This document shows, piece after piece, positions 1 through 13,500 of a DNA stretch of 64,000 bases (within the stretch, counting starts at the first letter, position 1; each line of letters starts with the position of its first letter). The notes beneath the pieces were generated by a model. That model did no database searches. It saw only the letters and a list, made by a program, of their open reading frames with translations, and was not told where the DNA came from. A program made the position numbers and the translations under genes. The stretch is from the NCBI RefSeq assembly GCF_009914755.1, contig NC_060946.1; one strand, given 5' to 3'. The stretch comes from the human T2T-CHM13v2.0 reference genome, Homo sapiens.

Positions 1-3000
1 TTCCAATGCAACGGAATGGAATGGAATGGAATGCAATGGAAGGGAATGGAATGGAATGGAAAAGAATGGAATAAACTGGAATTGAATGGAATGGAATGGA
101 ATTTAATGGAATGGAATGGAATGGAATGGAATGCAATGGAATCAACCCGAGTGGAGTGGAAAGGAATGCAATGGAAATGAATGGAATGGAATGGAATGGA
201 ATGGAATGGAATGGAATCAACTCGAGTGGAGTGGAATGGAATGCAATGGAAATGAATGGAATAGAATGGAATGGAATGCAACGGAACGGAATGGAATGAA
301 CCCGAGTGGAATGGAATGGAATAGAATGGAATGGAAAGGCACGAAATGGAATGGAATGGAATGGAATGGAATGGAATGGAATGGAATCAACCCGAGTGGA
401 ATGGAATGGAATGGAATCAAACTGAGTGGAATGGAATGGAATGGAATGGAATGGAATGGAGTGGAAGGCATTAGAATCACCTGGAATGGAATGGAATGGA
501 ATGGAATGGAATGGAATGGAATCAACCCGAGTGGAATGGAATGGAATGGAATCAAACTGAGTGGAAAGGAATGGAATGGAATGGAATGGAATGGAATGGA
601 ATGGAATGGAATGGAATCAACCACAGTGGAATGGAATGGAATGGAACAGATTATAATAGAATGGAATGGAATCAATCCGGGTGGAATGGAATGGAATGGA
701 ATGGAATGGAATGGAATCAACTCGAGTGGAATGAAATGTAACTTGATGGAATGGAATGGAATGGAATGGAATGGAATGGAATGGAATACAATGGAATCAA
801 TTCGAGTGCCATGTAATGGTATAGAATGGAATGGAATGGAATGGAATGAAATGGAATGGAATGGAATGGAATGGAATCATCCAGAGTGGAATGGAATGGA
901 ATGGAATGGAATGGAATATATTGGAATGGAATGGAATGGAATGGAATGGAATATATTGGAATGGAATGCAACGGAATCAACTGGAATGGAATGGAATGGA
1001 ATGGAATGGATTATAATGGAATGGAATGGAATCAATCCGGGTGGAATGGAATGGAATGGAATGGAATGGAATTCAATGTAATGGAAACAAACCGAGAGGA
1101 ATGTAATGGAATGGAAAGGACTGGAATGTAATGGAATGGATTGGAATCAAACCGATTCCAATGCAACGGAATGGAATGGAATGGAATGGAAAGAAATCAA
1201 CCCGAATGGAATGGATTGGAATAGAGTGGAATGGAATGGAATGGCATGGAATGCAATGAAATCAACTAGAATGGAATGGAATGGAATGGAATGAACAGGA
1301 ATGGAATGGAATGGAATGGAATGGAATGGAATGGAGTGGAATGGAATGCAATGGAATGAAATCAACCCGATTGGAATGGAATGGAATGCAATGGAATGGA
1401 ATGGAATCAACTGGAAAGGAATCAAATGGAACGGAATCGAATGGAATGGAATGGAATGGAATGGAACGGAACGGAATCAACCTCTGTGGAATGGAATGGA
1501 ATGGAATGGATTATAACGGAATGGAATGGAATCAATCCGGGTGGAATGGAATGGAATGGAATGGAATGGAATGGAATGCAATGTAATGGACAGGAATGGA
1601 ATGGAATGGAATTCAATGGAATGGAATGGACAGGAATGCAATGGAATGTAATGGAATGGAATGGAATGGAGTGGAATGGACTAGAATGGAATGGAATGGA
1701 ATGAAATCAAACCGATTGGAATGGAATAGAATGCAATGGAATGGAATGCAATCAACTGGAAAGGAATCAAATGGAACGGAATGGAATAGAATGGAATGGA
1801 TTGGAATGGAAAGGAATGGATTCAACCCGAGTGGAATAGAATGGAATAGAACGGAATAAACACGAGTGGAATGGAATGGAATGGAATGGAATGGAATGGA
1901 ATGGAATCAACTCGAGTGGAATGAAATGTAATGTAATGGAATGGAATGGAATTGAATGGAATAAACACGAGTGGAATGTAATGGAATGGAATGGAAAGGA
2001 ATGGAATAGAATGGAGTCAATTCAAGTGCAATGGAATGGTATACAATGGAATCGAATGGAATGGAATCAACCAGAGTGGAATGGAATGGAAAGGAATGGA
2101 ATGGAATGGAACGGAACGGAATGGAATGGAATGGAATGGAATGGAATGGAATGGCATGGAATGGAATGGAATGGAATGGAATGGAATGGAATGGAATGGA
2201 ATAGAATGCAATCATTTCGAATGCAATGTAATGGTATAGAATGGAATGGAATGGAATGGAATCAACCAGAGTGGAATGGAATGGAAAGGAATGGAATGGA
2301 ATGGAATGTAACGGCATGGAATGGAATGGAATGGAGTGGAATCAACCCGAGTGGAATGGAGTGGAATGGACTGTAATGGAATGGAATGGAATGGAGTGGA
2401 ATAAACACAAGTGGAAAGGAATGGAATGGAATCAAACTGAGTGGAATGGAATGGAATGGAAAGCAATGGAATGTAATGCAGTGGAAGGCATTAGAATCAA
2501 CTGGAATGGAATGGAGTGGAATGGAATGGAATCAACGCCAGTGGAATGGATTGGAATGGAATGGATAATAATGGAATGGAAGGGAATCAATCCGGGTGGA
2601 ATGGAATGGAATGGAATGCAATGGAATGAAATGGAATCAACTCGAGTGGAATGAAATGTAACGTAATGTAATGGAATGGAATGGAATGGAATGGAATGGA
2701 ATAGAATGGAATCAATTCGAGTGCAATATAATGGAATACAATGGAATGGAATGGAATGGAATCAACCAGAGTGGAATGGAATGGAAAGGAATGGAATGGA
2801 ATGGAATGGAATGGAATGGAATGGAATGGAATGGAATGGAATGGAATGGCACGGCATGGAATGGAATGGAATGGAGTGGAATCAACCCGAGTGGAATGGA
2901 GTGGAATGGACTGTAATGGCATGGAATGGAATGGAATGGAGTGGAATAAACACAAGTGGAATGGAATGGAATGGAATGGACTGGAATCAACCAGAGTGCA

Positions 3001-6000
3001 ATGGAATGGAATAGAATGGAATGGAATGGAATGGAATGAAATAAACACGAGCGGAATGGAATGGAATGGAATGGAATGGAATGGAACGGAGTGGAATGGA
3101 CTAGAATGGAATGGAATGGAATGAAATCAACCCGATTGGATTGGAATGGAATGCAATGGAATGGAATGGAATCAACTGGAAAGGAATCAAATGGAACGGA
3201 ATGGAATGGAATGGAATGGAATGGAATGGAATGGAATGGAATGGAACGGAATGGAATCAACCTCTGTGGAATGGAATGGAATGGAATGGATTATAATGGA
3301 ATGGAATGGAATCAATCCGGGTGGAATGGAATGGAATGGAATGGAATGCAATGGAATGGACAGGAATGGAATGGAATGGAATTCAATGGAATGGAATGGA
3401 CAGGAATGCAATGGAATGTAATGGAATGGAATGGAATGGAGTGGAATGCACTAGAATGGAATGGAATGGAATGAAATCAACCCGATTGGAATGGAATGGA
3501 ATGCAATGGAATGGAATGGAATCAACTGGAAAGGAATCAAATGGAACGGAATGGAATAGAATGGAATGGATTGGAATGGAAAGGAATGGATTCAACCCGA
3601 GTGGAATGGAATGGAATAGAACGGAATAAACACGAGTGGAATGGAATGGAATGGAATGGAATGGAATCAACTCGAGTGGAATGAAATGTAATGTAATGGA
3701 ATGGAATGGAATTGAATGGAATAAACACGAGTGGAATGGAATGGAATGGAATGGAATGGAATAGAATGGAGTCAATTCAAGTGCAATGGAATGGTATACA
3801 ATGGAATCGAATGGAATGGAATCAACCAGAGTGGAATGGAATGGAAAGGAATGGAATGGAATGGAACGGAACGGAATGGAATGGAATGGAATGGAATGTA
3901 ACGGCATGGAATGGAATGGAATGGAATGGAATGGAATGGAATGGAATGGAATGGAATGGAATATAACGGCATGCAATGGAATGGAATGGAGTGGATTCAA
4001 CCCGAGTGGAATAGAGTGGATTGGACTGTAACGGCATGGAATGGAATGGAATGGAGTGGAATAAACACGAGTGGAATGGAATGGAATGGAATGGATTGGA
4101 ATCAACCCGAGTGCAATGGAATGGAATGGAATGGAATGGAATGGAATGGAGTGAAATAAACTCGAGTGGAATGGAATGGAATGGAATAGAATGGAATGGA
4201 ATGGAAAGGAATGGAAGAGAATGGAATGGAATCAACTCGAGTGGAAAGGAATGGAATGGAAAGGAATGGAATGGAATGGAACGGAACGGAATGGAATGGA
4301 ATGGAATGGAATGTAACGGCATGGAATGGAATGGAATGGAATGGAATGGAATGGAATGGAATGGAATATAACGGCATGCAATGGAATGGAATGGAGTGGA
4401 TTCAACCCGAGTGGAATGGAGTGGATTGGACTGTAACGGCATGGAATGGAATGGAATGGAGTGGAATAAACACGAGTGGAATGGAATGGAATGGAATGGA
4501 CTGGAATCAACCCGAGTGCAATGGAATGGAATGGAATGGAATGGAATGGAATGGAGTGAAATAAACTCGAGTGGAATGGAATGGAATGGAATAGAATGGA
4601 ATGGAATGGAAAGGAATGGAAGAGAATGGAATGGAATCAACTCGAGTGGAAAGGAATGGAATGGAAAGGAATGGAATGGAATGGAAAGGAATGGAATGCA
4701 ATGGAATGCAGTGTTATGGAATGGAATCAACCCGAGTGGAATGGAATGGAATGGAAAGGAATGGAATGCAATGGAATGCAATGTTAGGGAATGGAATCAA
4801 CCCGAGTGGAATGGAATGGAATGGAATGGAATGCAATGGAATGGAATGGAATGGAATGGAATGGAATAGAATGGAATCAATTCCAATGCAATGTAATGGT
4901 ATAGAATGGAATGGAATGGAATGGAATGGAATCAACCAGAGTGGAATGGAATGGAAAGGAATGGAATGGAATGGAATGGAATGGAATGGAATGGAATGGA
5001 ATGGAATGGAGTGGAATCAACCCGAGTGGAATGGACTGTAATGATCTGGAATGGAATGGAATGGAATGGAGTGGAATAAACACAAGTGGAATGGAATGGA
5101 ATGGAATGGACTGGAATCAACCAGAGTGCAATGGAATGGAATAGAACGGAATGGAATGGAATGGAATGAAAAAAACACGAGTGGAATGGAATGGAATGGA
5201 ATGGAATTCAATGGAATGGAATGGACAGGAATGGAATGGAATGGAAAGGAATGGAGTGGAATGGACAAGAATGGAATGGAATGGAATGAAATCAACCCGA
5301 TTGGAATGGAATGGAATGCAATGGAATGGAATGGAATCAACTGGAAAGGAATCAAATGGAACGGAATGGAATAGAATGGAATGGATTGGAATGGAATGGA
5401 ATGGATTCAACCCGAGTGGAATGGAATGGAATAGAATGGAATAAACACGAGTGGAATGGAATGGAATGGAATGGAATGGAATGGAATGGAATGGAATCAA
5501 CTCGAGTGGAATGAAATGTAATGTAATGGAATGGAATGGAATTGAATGGAATAAACACGAGTGGAATGGAATGGAATGGAATGGAATGGAATGGAATAGA
5601 ATGGAGTCAATTCAAGTGCAATGGAATGGTATAAAATGGAATCGAATGGAATGGAATCAACCAGAGTGGAATGGAATGGAAAGTTATAGAATGGAATGGA
5701 ATGGAATGGAATGGAACGGAATGGAATGCAATGGAATGGAATGTAACGGCATGGAATGGAATGGAATGGAATGGAATGGCATGCAATGGAATGGAATGGA
5801 GTGGAATAAACACGAGTGGAATGGAATGGAATGGAATGGACTGGAATGGAAAGGAATGGAAGAGAATGGAATGGAATCAACACGAGTGGAAAGGAATGGA
5901 ATGGAAAGGAATGGAATGGAATGGAAAGGAATGTAATGCAATGGAATGCAGTGTTATGGAATGGAATCAACCCGAGTGGAATGGAATGGAATGGAATGGA

Positions 6001-9000
6001 ATGGAGTGGAATGGAATGGAATGGAATGCAATGGAATGGACAGGAATGGAATGGAATGGAATGGAATGGAATGGAGTGGAATGGACTAGAATGGAATGGA
6101 ATGGAATGAAATCAACCCTATTGGAATGGAATGGAATGCAATGGAATGGAATGGAATCAACTGGTAAGGAAACAAATGGAACTGAATGGAATAGAATGGA
6201 ATGGATTGTAATGGAATGGAATGGAATCAAACCTAGTAGAATGGAATGGAAAGAATGGAATAAACAGGAATGGAATGGAATGGAATGGAATTTAATGGAA
6301 TGGAATGGAATTTAATAGAATGGAATGGAATGGAATGGAATGGAATGGAATCAACCCGAGTGGAGTGGAATGGAATGGAATGGAAATGAATGGAATAGAA
6401 TGGAATAGAATGGAACGGAAAGGAATGGAATGAACCCGAGTGGAATGGAATGGAATGGAATGGAATGGAAAGGCACGGAATGGAATGGAATGGAATGGAA
6501 TGGAATGGAATGGAATGGAATCAACCCTAGTGGAATGGAATGGAATGGAATCAAACTGAGTGGAATGGAATGGAATGGAATGCAATGGAATGTAATGCAG
6601 TGGAAGGCATCAGAATCAACTGGAATGGAATGCAGTGGAATGGAATGGAATCAACGCCAGTGGAATGGAATGGAATGGAAGGGATAATAATAAAATGGAA
6701 TGGAATAAATCCGGCTGGAATGGAATGGAATGGAATGCAATGGAATGAAATGGAATCAACTCGAGTGGAATGAAATGTAACGTAATGTAATGGAATGGAA
6801 TGGAATGGAATGGAATAGAATGGAATCAATTCGAGTGCAATATAATGGTATAGAATGGAATGGAATAGAATGGAACGGAATGGAATGGAATCAACCAGAG
6901 TGGAATGGAATGGAATGGAATGGAATGGAATGGAATGGAATGGAATGGAATGGACTGTAACGGCATGGAATGCAATGGAATGGAGTGGAATCAACCCGAG
7001 TGGAATGGAATGGAATGGACTGTAACGGTATGGAACGGAATGGAATGGAGTGGAATCAAACCGAGAAGAATGGAATGGAATGGAATGGAATGGAATGGAA
7101 TAGAATGGAATCAATTCGAATGCAATGTAATGGTATAGAATGGAATGGAATGGAATGGAATCAACCAGAGTGGAATGGAAAGGAATGGAATGGAATGGAA
7201 TGGAATGGAATGGAATAGAATGTAATGGAATGGAACGGAATGGAACGGAATGGAATGGAATGGAATGGAATGGAATGGAATGGAATGGAATGGAATGGCA
7301 TGGAATGGAATGGAATGGAGTGGAATCAACCCGAGTGGAATGGAGTGGAATGGACTGTAATGGCATGGAATGGAATGGAATGGAGTGGAATAAACACAAG
7401 TGGAATGGAATGGAATGGAATGGACTACAAACAACCAGAGTGCAATGGAATGGAATAGAATGGAATGGAATGGAATGGAATGAAATATACACGAGTGGAA
7501 TGGAATGGAATGGAATGGAAGAGAATGGAATGGAATCAACTCGAGTGGAAAGGAATGGAATGGAAAGGAATGGAATGGAATGGAAAGGAATGGAATGCAA
7601 TGGAATGCAGTGTTATGGAATGGAATCAACCCGAGTGGAATGGAATGGAATGGAATGGAATGGAATGGAATGGAGTGCAATGGAATGGACAGGAGTGGAA
7701 TGGAATGGAATTCAATGGAATGGAATGGACAGGAATGGAATGGAATGGAATGGAATGGAATGGAGTGGAATGGGCTAGAATGGAATGGAATGGAATGAAA
7801 TCAACCCGATTGGAATGGAATGGAATGCAATGGAATGGAATGGAATCAACTGGAAAGGAATCAAATGGAACGGAATGGAATGGAAAGGAATGGAATGGAA
7901 TGGAATGGAATCAACCCTAGTGGAATGGAATGGAATGAAATCAAACTGAGTGGAATGGAAGGGAATGGAATGCAATGGAATGTAATGGAGTGGAAGGCAT
8001 TTGAATCAACTGGAATGGAATGGAAAGGAATGGAATGGAATGGAATCAACCCCAGTGGAATGGAATGGAATGGAATGGATTATAATGGAATGGAATGGAA
8101 TCAATCTGGGTGGAATGGAATGGAATGGAATGGAATGGAATGGAATGGACTGTAACGGCATGGAATGCAATGGAATGGAGTGGAATCAACCCGAGTGGAA
8201 TGGAATGGAATGGACTGTAACGGCATGGAACGGAATGGAATGGAGTGGAATCAAACCGAGAGGAATGGAATGGAATGGAATGGAATGGAATGGAATAGAA
8301 TGGAATCAATTCGAATGCAATGTAATGGTATAGAATGGAATGGAATGGAATGGAATCAACCAGAGTGGAATGCAATGGAATGGAATGGAATGGAATGGAA
8401 TAGAATGTAATGGAATGGAACGGAATGGAACGGAATGGAATGGAATGGAATGGAATGGAATGGAATGGCATGGAATGGAATGGAATGGAGTGGAATCAAC
8501 CCGAGTGGAATGGAGTGGAATGGACTGTAATGGCATGGAATGGAATGGAATGGAGTGGAATCAAACCGAGAGGAATGGAATGGAATGGAATGGAATGGAA
8601 TGGAATGGAATGGAATAGAATGGAATCAATTCGAATGCAATGTAATGGTATAGAATGGAATGGAATGGAATGGAATCAACCAGAGTGGAATGGAATGGAA
8701 TGGAATGGAATGGAATGGAATAGAATGTAATGGAATGGAACGGAATGGAACGGAATGGAATGGAATGGAATGGAATGGAATGGAATGGCATGGAATGGAA
8801 TGGAATGGAGTGGAATCAACCCGAGTGGAATGGAGTGGAATGGACTGTAATGGCATGGAATGGAATGGAATGGAGTGGAATAAACACAAGTGGAATGGAA
8901 TGGAATGGAATGGACTACAATCAACCAGAGTGCAATGGAATGGAATAGAATGGAATGGAATGGAATGGAATGAAATAAACACGAGTGGAATGGAATGGAA

Positions 9001-10539
9001 TGGAATGGAAGAGAATGGAATGGAATCAACTCGAGTGGAAAGGAATGGAATGGAAAGGAATGGAATGGAATGGAAAGGAATGGAATGCAATGGAATGCAG
9101 TGTTATGGAATGGAATCAACCCGAGTGGAATGGAATGGAATGGAATGGAATGGAATGGAATGGAATGGAATGGAATGGAATGGAATGGAATGCAATGGAA
9201 TGGACAGGAGTGGAATGGAATGGAATTCAATGGAATGGAATGGACAGGAATGGAATGGAATGGAATGGAATGGAATGGAATGGAGTGGAATGGACTAGAA
9301 TGGAATGGAATGGAATGAAATCAACCCGATTTGAATGGAATGGAATGCAATGGAATGGAATGGAATCAACTGGAAAGGAATCAAATGGAACGGAATGGAA
9401 TGGAATGGAATGGAATGGAATGGAATGGAATCAACCCTAGTGGAATGGAATGGAATGAAATCAAACTGAGTGGAATGGAAGGGAATGGAATGCAATGGAA
9501 TGTAATGGAGTGGAAGGCATTTGAATCAACTGGAATGGAATGGAAAGGAATGGAATGGAATGGAATCAACCCCAGTGGAATGGAATGGAATGGAATGGAT
9601 TATAATGGAATGGAATGGAATCAATCTGGGTGGAATGGAATGGAATGGAATGGATTATAATGGAATGGAATGGAATCAATCCGGGTGGAGTGGAATTGAA
9701 TGGAATGGAATGGAATGGAATGGAATGGATTGGAATTCAATGTAATGGAAACAACCCGAGTGGAATGTAATGGAATGGAAAGGACTGGAATATAATGGAA
9801 TGGATTGGAATCAACCCGATTCCAATGCAAAGGAATGGAATGGAATGGAATGGAAGGGAATGGAATGGAATGGAAAGGAATGGAATGAACTGTAATGGAA
9901 TGGAATGGAATGGAATTTAATGGAATGGAATGGAATCAACCCGAGTGGAGTGGAATGGAATGGAATGGAAATGAATGGAATAGAATGGAATGGAATGGAA
10001 CGGAACGGAATGGAAAGAACCTGAGTGGAATGGATTGTAATGGAAATGAATGGAATAGAAGGAAATGGAATGGAATGGAACGGAATGGAACGAACCCGAG
10101 TGGAATGGATTGGAATGGAATGGAATGGAAAGGAACGGAATGGAATGGATTGGAATGGAATCAACCCGAGTGGAATGGAATGGAATGGAATCAAACTGAG
10201 TGGAATGGAAGGGAATGGAATGCAATGGAATGTAATGGAGTGGAAGGCATTTGAATCAACTGGAATGGAATGGAATGGAATGGAATGGAATGGAATCAAC
10301 CCCAGTGGAATGGATTGGATGGGAATGGATTATAATGGAATGGAATGGAATCAATCCGAGTGGAATGGAATGGAATGGAATGGATTATAGTTGAATGGAA
10401 TGGAATCAATCCTTGTGGAATGGAGTGGAATGGAATGGAATAGAATGGAATGGAATTCAATGTAATGGAAACAAACCGAGTGGAATGTAATGGAATGGAA
10501 AGGACTGGAATCTAATGGAATGTATTGGAATCAACCTGA
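1..10539 (+). repeat. HSat3 higher-order repeat copy 1 (~10.5 kb)
   Basis: Diagnostic variants recur about 10.47-10.54 kb downstream: TTCCAATGCAACGG at 1 and 10540; CCTAGTAG at 6232 and 16716; identical ORF translations at 856 vs 11330 and at 6551 vs 17035. Confidence 0.9.
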
Positions 10540-13500
10540 TTCCAATGCAACGGAATGGAATGGAATGGAATGCAATGGAAGGGAATGGAATGGAATGGAA
10601 AAGAATGGAATAAACTGGAATTGAATGGAATGGAATGGAATTTAATGGAATGGAATGGAATGGAATGGAATGGAATGGAATGGAATGAACCCGAGTGGAG
10701 TGGAATGGAATGCAATGGAAATGAATGGAATAGAATGGAATGGAATGCAACGGAACGGAATGGAATGAACCCGAGTGGAATGGAATGGAATAGAATGGAA
10801 TGGAAAGGCACGAAATGGAATGGAATGGAATGGAATGGAATGGAATGGAATGGAATCAACCCGAGTGGAATGGAATGGAATGGAATCAAACTGAGTGGAA
10901 TGGAATGGAATGGAATGGAATGGAATGGAGTGGAAGGCATTAGAATCACCTGGAATGGAATGGAATGGAATGGAATGGAATGGAATGGAATGGAATCAAC
11001 CCGAGTGGAATGGAATGGAATGGAATCAAACTGAGTGGAAAGGAATGGAATGGAATGGAATGGAATGGAATGGAATGGAATGGAATCAACCACAGTGGAA
11101 TGGAATGGAATGGAACAGATTATAATAGAATGGAATGGAATCAATCCGGGTGGAATGGAATGGAATGGAATGGAATGGAATGGAATCAACTCGAGTGGAA
11201 TGAAATGTAACTTGATGGAATGGAATGGAATGGAATGGAATGGAATGGAATGGAATGGAATACAATGGAATCAATTCGAGTGCCATGTAATGGTATAGAA
11301 TGGAATGGAATGGAATGGAATGAAATGGAATGGAATGGAATGGAATGGAATCATCCAGAGTGGAATGGAATGGAATGGAATGGAATGGAATATATTGGAA
11401 TGGAATGGAATGGAATGGAATGGAATATATTGGAATGGAATGCAACGGAATCAACTGGAATGGAATGGAATGGAATGGAATGGATTATAATGGAATGGAA
11501 TGGAATCAATCCGGGTGGAATGGAATGGAATGGAATGGAATGGAATTCAATGTAATGGAAACAAACCGAGAGGAATGTAATGGAATGGAAAGGACTGGAA
11601 TGTAATGGAATGGATTGGAATCAAACCGATTCCAATGCAACGGAATGGAATGGAATGGAATGGAAAGAAATCAACCCGAATGGAATGGATTGGAATAGAG
11701 TGGAATGGAATGGAATGGCATGGAATGCAATGAAATCAACTAGAATGGAATGGAATGGAATGGAATGAACAGGAATGGAATGGAATGGAATGGAATGGAA
11801 TGGAATGGAATGGAGTGGAATGGAATGCAATGGAATGAAATCAACCCGATTGGAATGGAATGGAATGCAATGGAATGGAATGGAATCAACTGGAAAGGAA
11901 TCAAATGGAACGGAATCGAATGGAATGGAATGGAATGGAATGGAACGGAACGGAATCAACCTCTGTGGAATGGAATGGAATGGAATGGATTATAACGGAA
12001 TGGAATGGAATCAATCCGGGTGGAATGGAATGGAATGGAATGGAATGGAATGCAATGTAATGGACAGGAATGGAATGGAATGGAATTCAATGGAATGGAA
12101 TGGACAGGAATGCAATGGAATGTAATGGAATGGAATGGAATGGAGTGGAATGGACTAGAATGGAATGGAATGGAATGAAATCAAACCGATTGGAATGGAA
12201 TAGAATGCAATGGAATGGAATGCAATCAACTGGAAAGGAATCAAATGGAACGGAATGGAATAGAATGGAATGGATTGGAATGGAAAGGAATGGATTCAAC
12301 CCGAGTGGAATAGAATGGAATAGAACGGAATAAACACGAGTGGAATGGAATGGAATGGAATGGAATGGAATGGAATGGAATCAACTCGAGTGGAATGAAA
12401 TGTAATGTAATGGAATGGAATGGAATTGAATGGAATAAACACGAGTGGAATGTAATGGAATGGAATGGAATGGAATGGAATAGAATGGAGTCAATTCAAG
12501 TGCAATGGAATGGTATACAATGGAATCGAATGGAATGGAATCAACCAGAGTGGAATGGAATGGAAAGGAATGGAATGGAATGGAACGGAACGGAATGGAA
12601 TGGAATGGAATGGAATGGAATGGAATGGCATGGAATGGAATGGAATGGAATGGAATGGAATGGAATAGAATGCAATCATTTCGAATGCAATGTAATGGTA
12701 TAGAATGGAATGGAATGGAATGGAATCAACCAGAGTGGAATGGAATGGAAAGGAATGGAATGGAATGGAATGTAACGGCATGGAATGGAATGGAATGGAG
12801 TGGAATCAACCCGAGTGGAATGGAGTGGAATGGACTGTAATGGAATGGAATGGAATGGAGTGGAATAAACACAAGTGGAAAGGAATGGAATGGAATCAAA
12901 CTGAGTGGAATGGAATGGAATGGAAAGCAATGGAATGTAATGCAGTGGAAGGCATTAGAATCAACTGGAATGGAATGGAGTGGAATGGAATGGAATCAAC
13001 GCCAGTGGAATGGATTGGAATGGAATGGATAATAATGGAATGGAAGGGAATCAATCCGGGTGGAATGGAATGGAATGGAATGCAATGGAATGAAATGGAA
13101 TCAACTCGAGTGGAATGAAATGTAACGTAATGTAATGGAATGGAATGGAATGGAATGGAATGGAATAGAATGGAATCAATTCGAGTGCAATATAATGGAA
13201 TACAATGGAATGGAATGGAATGGAATCAACCAGAGTGGAATGGAATGGAAAGGAATGGAATGGAATGGAATGGAATGGAATGGAATGGAATGGAATGGAA
13301 TGGAATGGAATGGCACGGCATGGAATGGAATGGAATGGAGTGGAATCAACCCGAGTGGAATGGAGTGGAATGGACTGTAATGGCATGGAATGGAATGGAA
13401 TGGAGTGGAATAAACACAAGTGGAATGGAATGGAATGGAATGGACTGGAATCAACCAGAGTGCAATGGAATGGAATAGAATGGAATGGAATGGAATGGAA

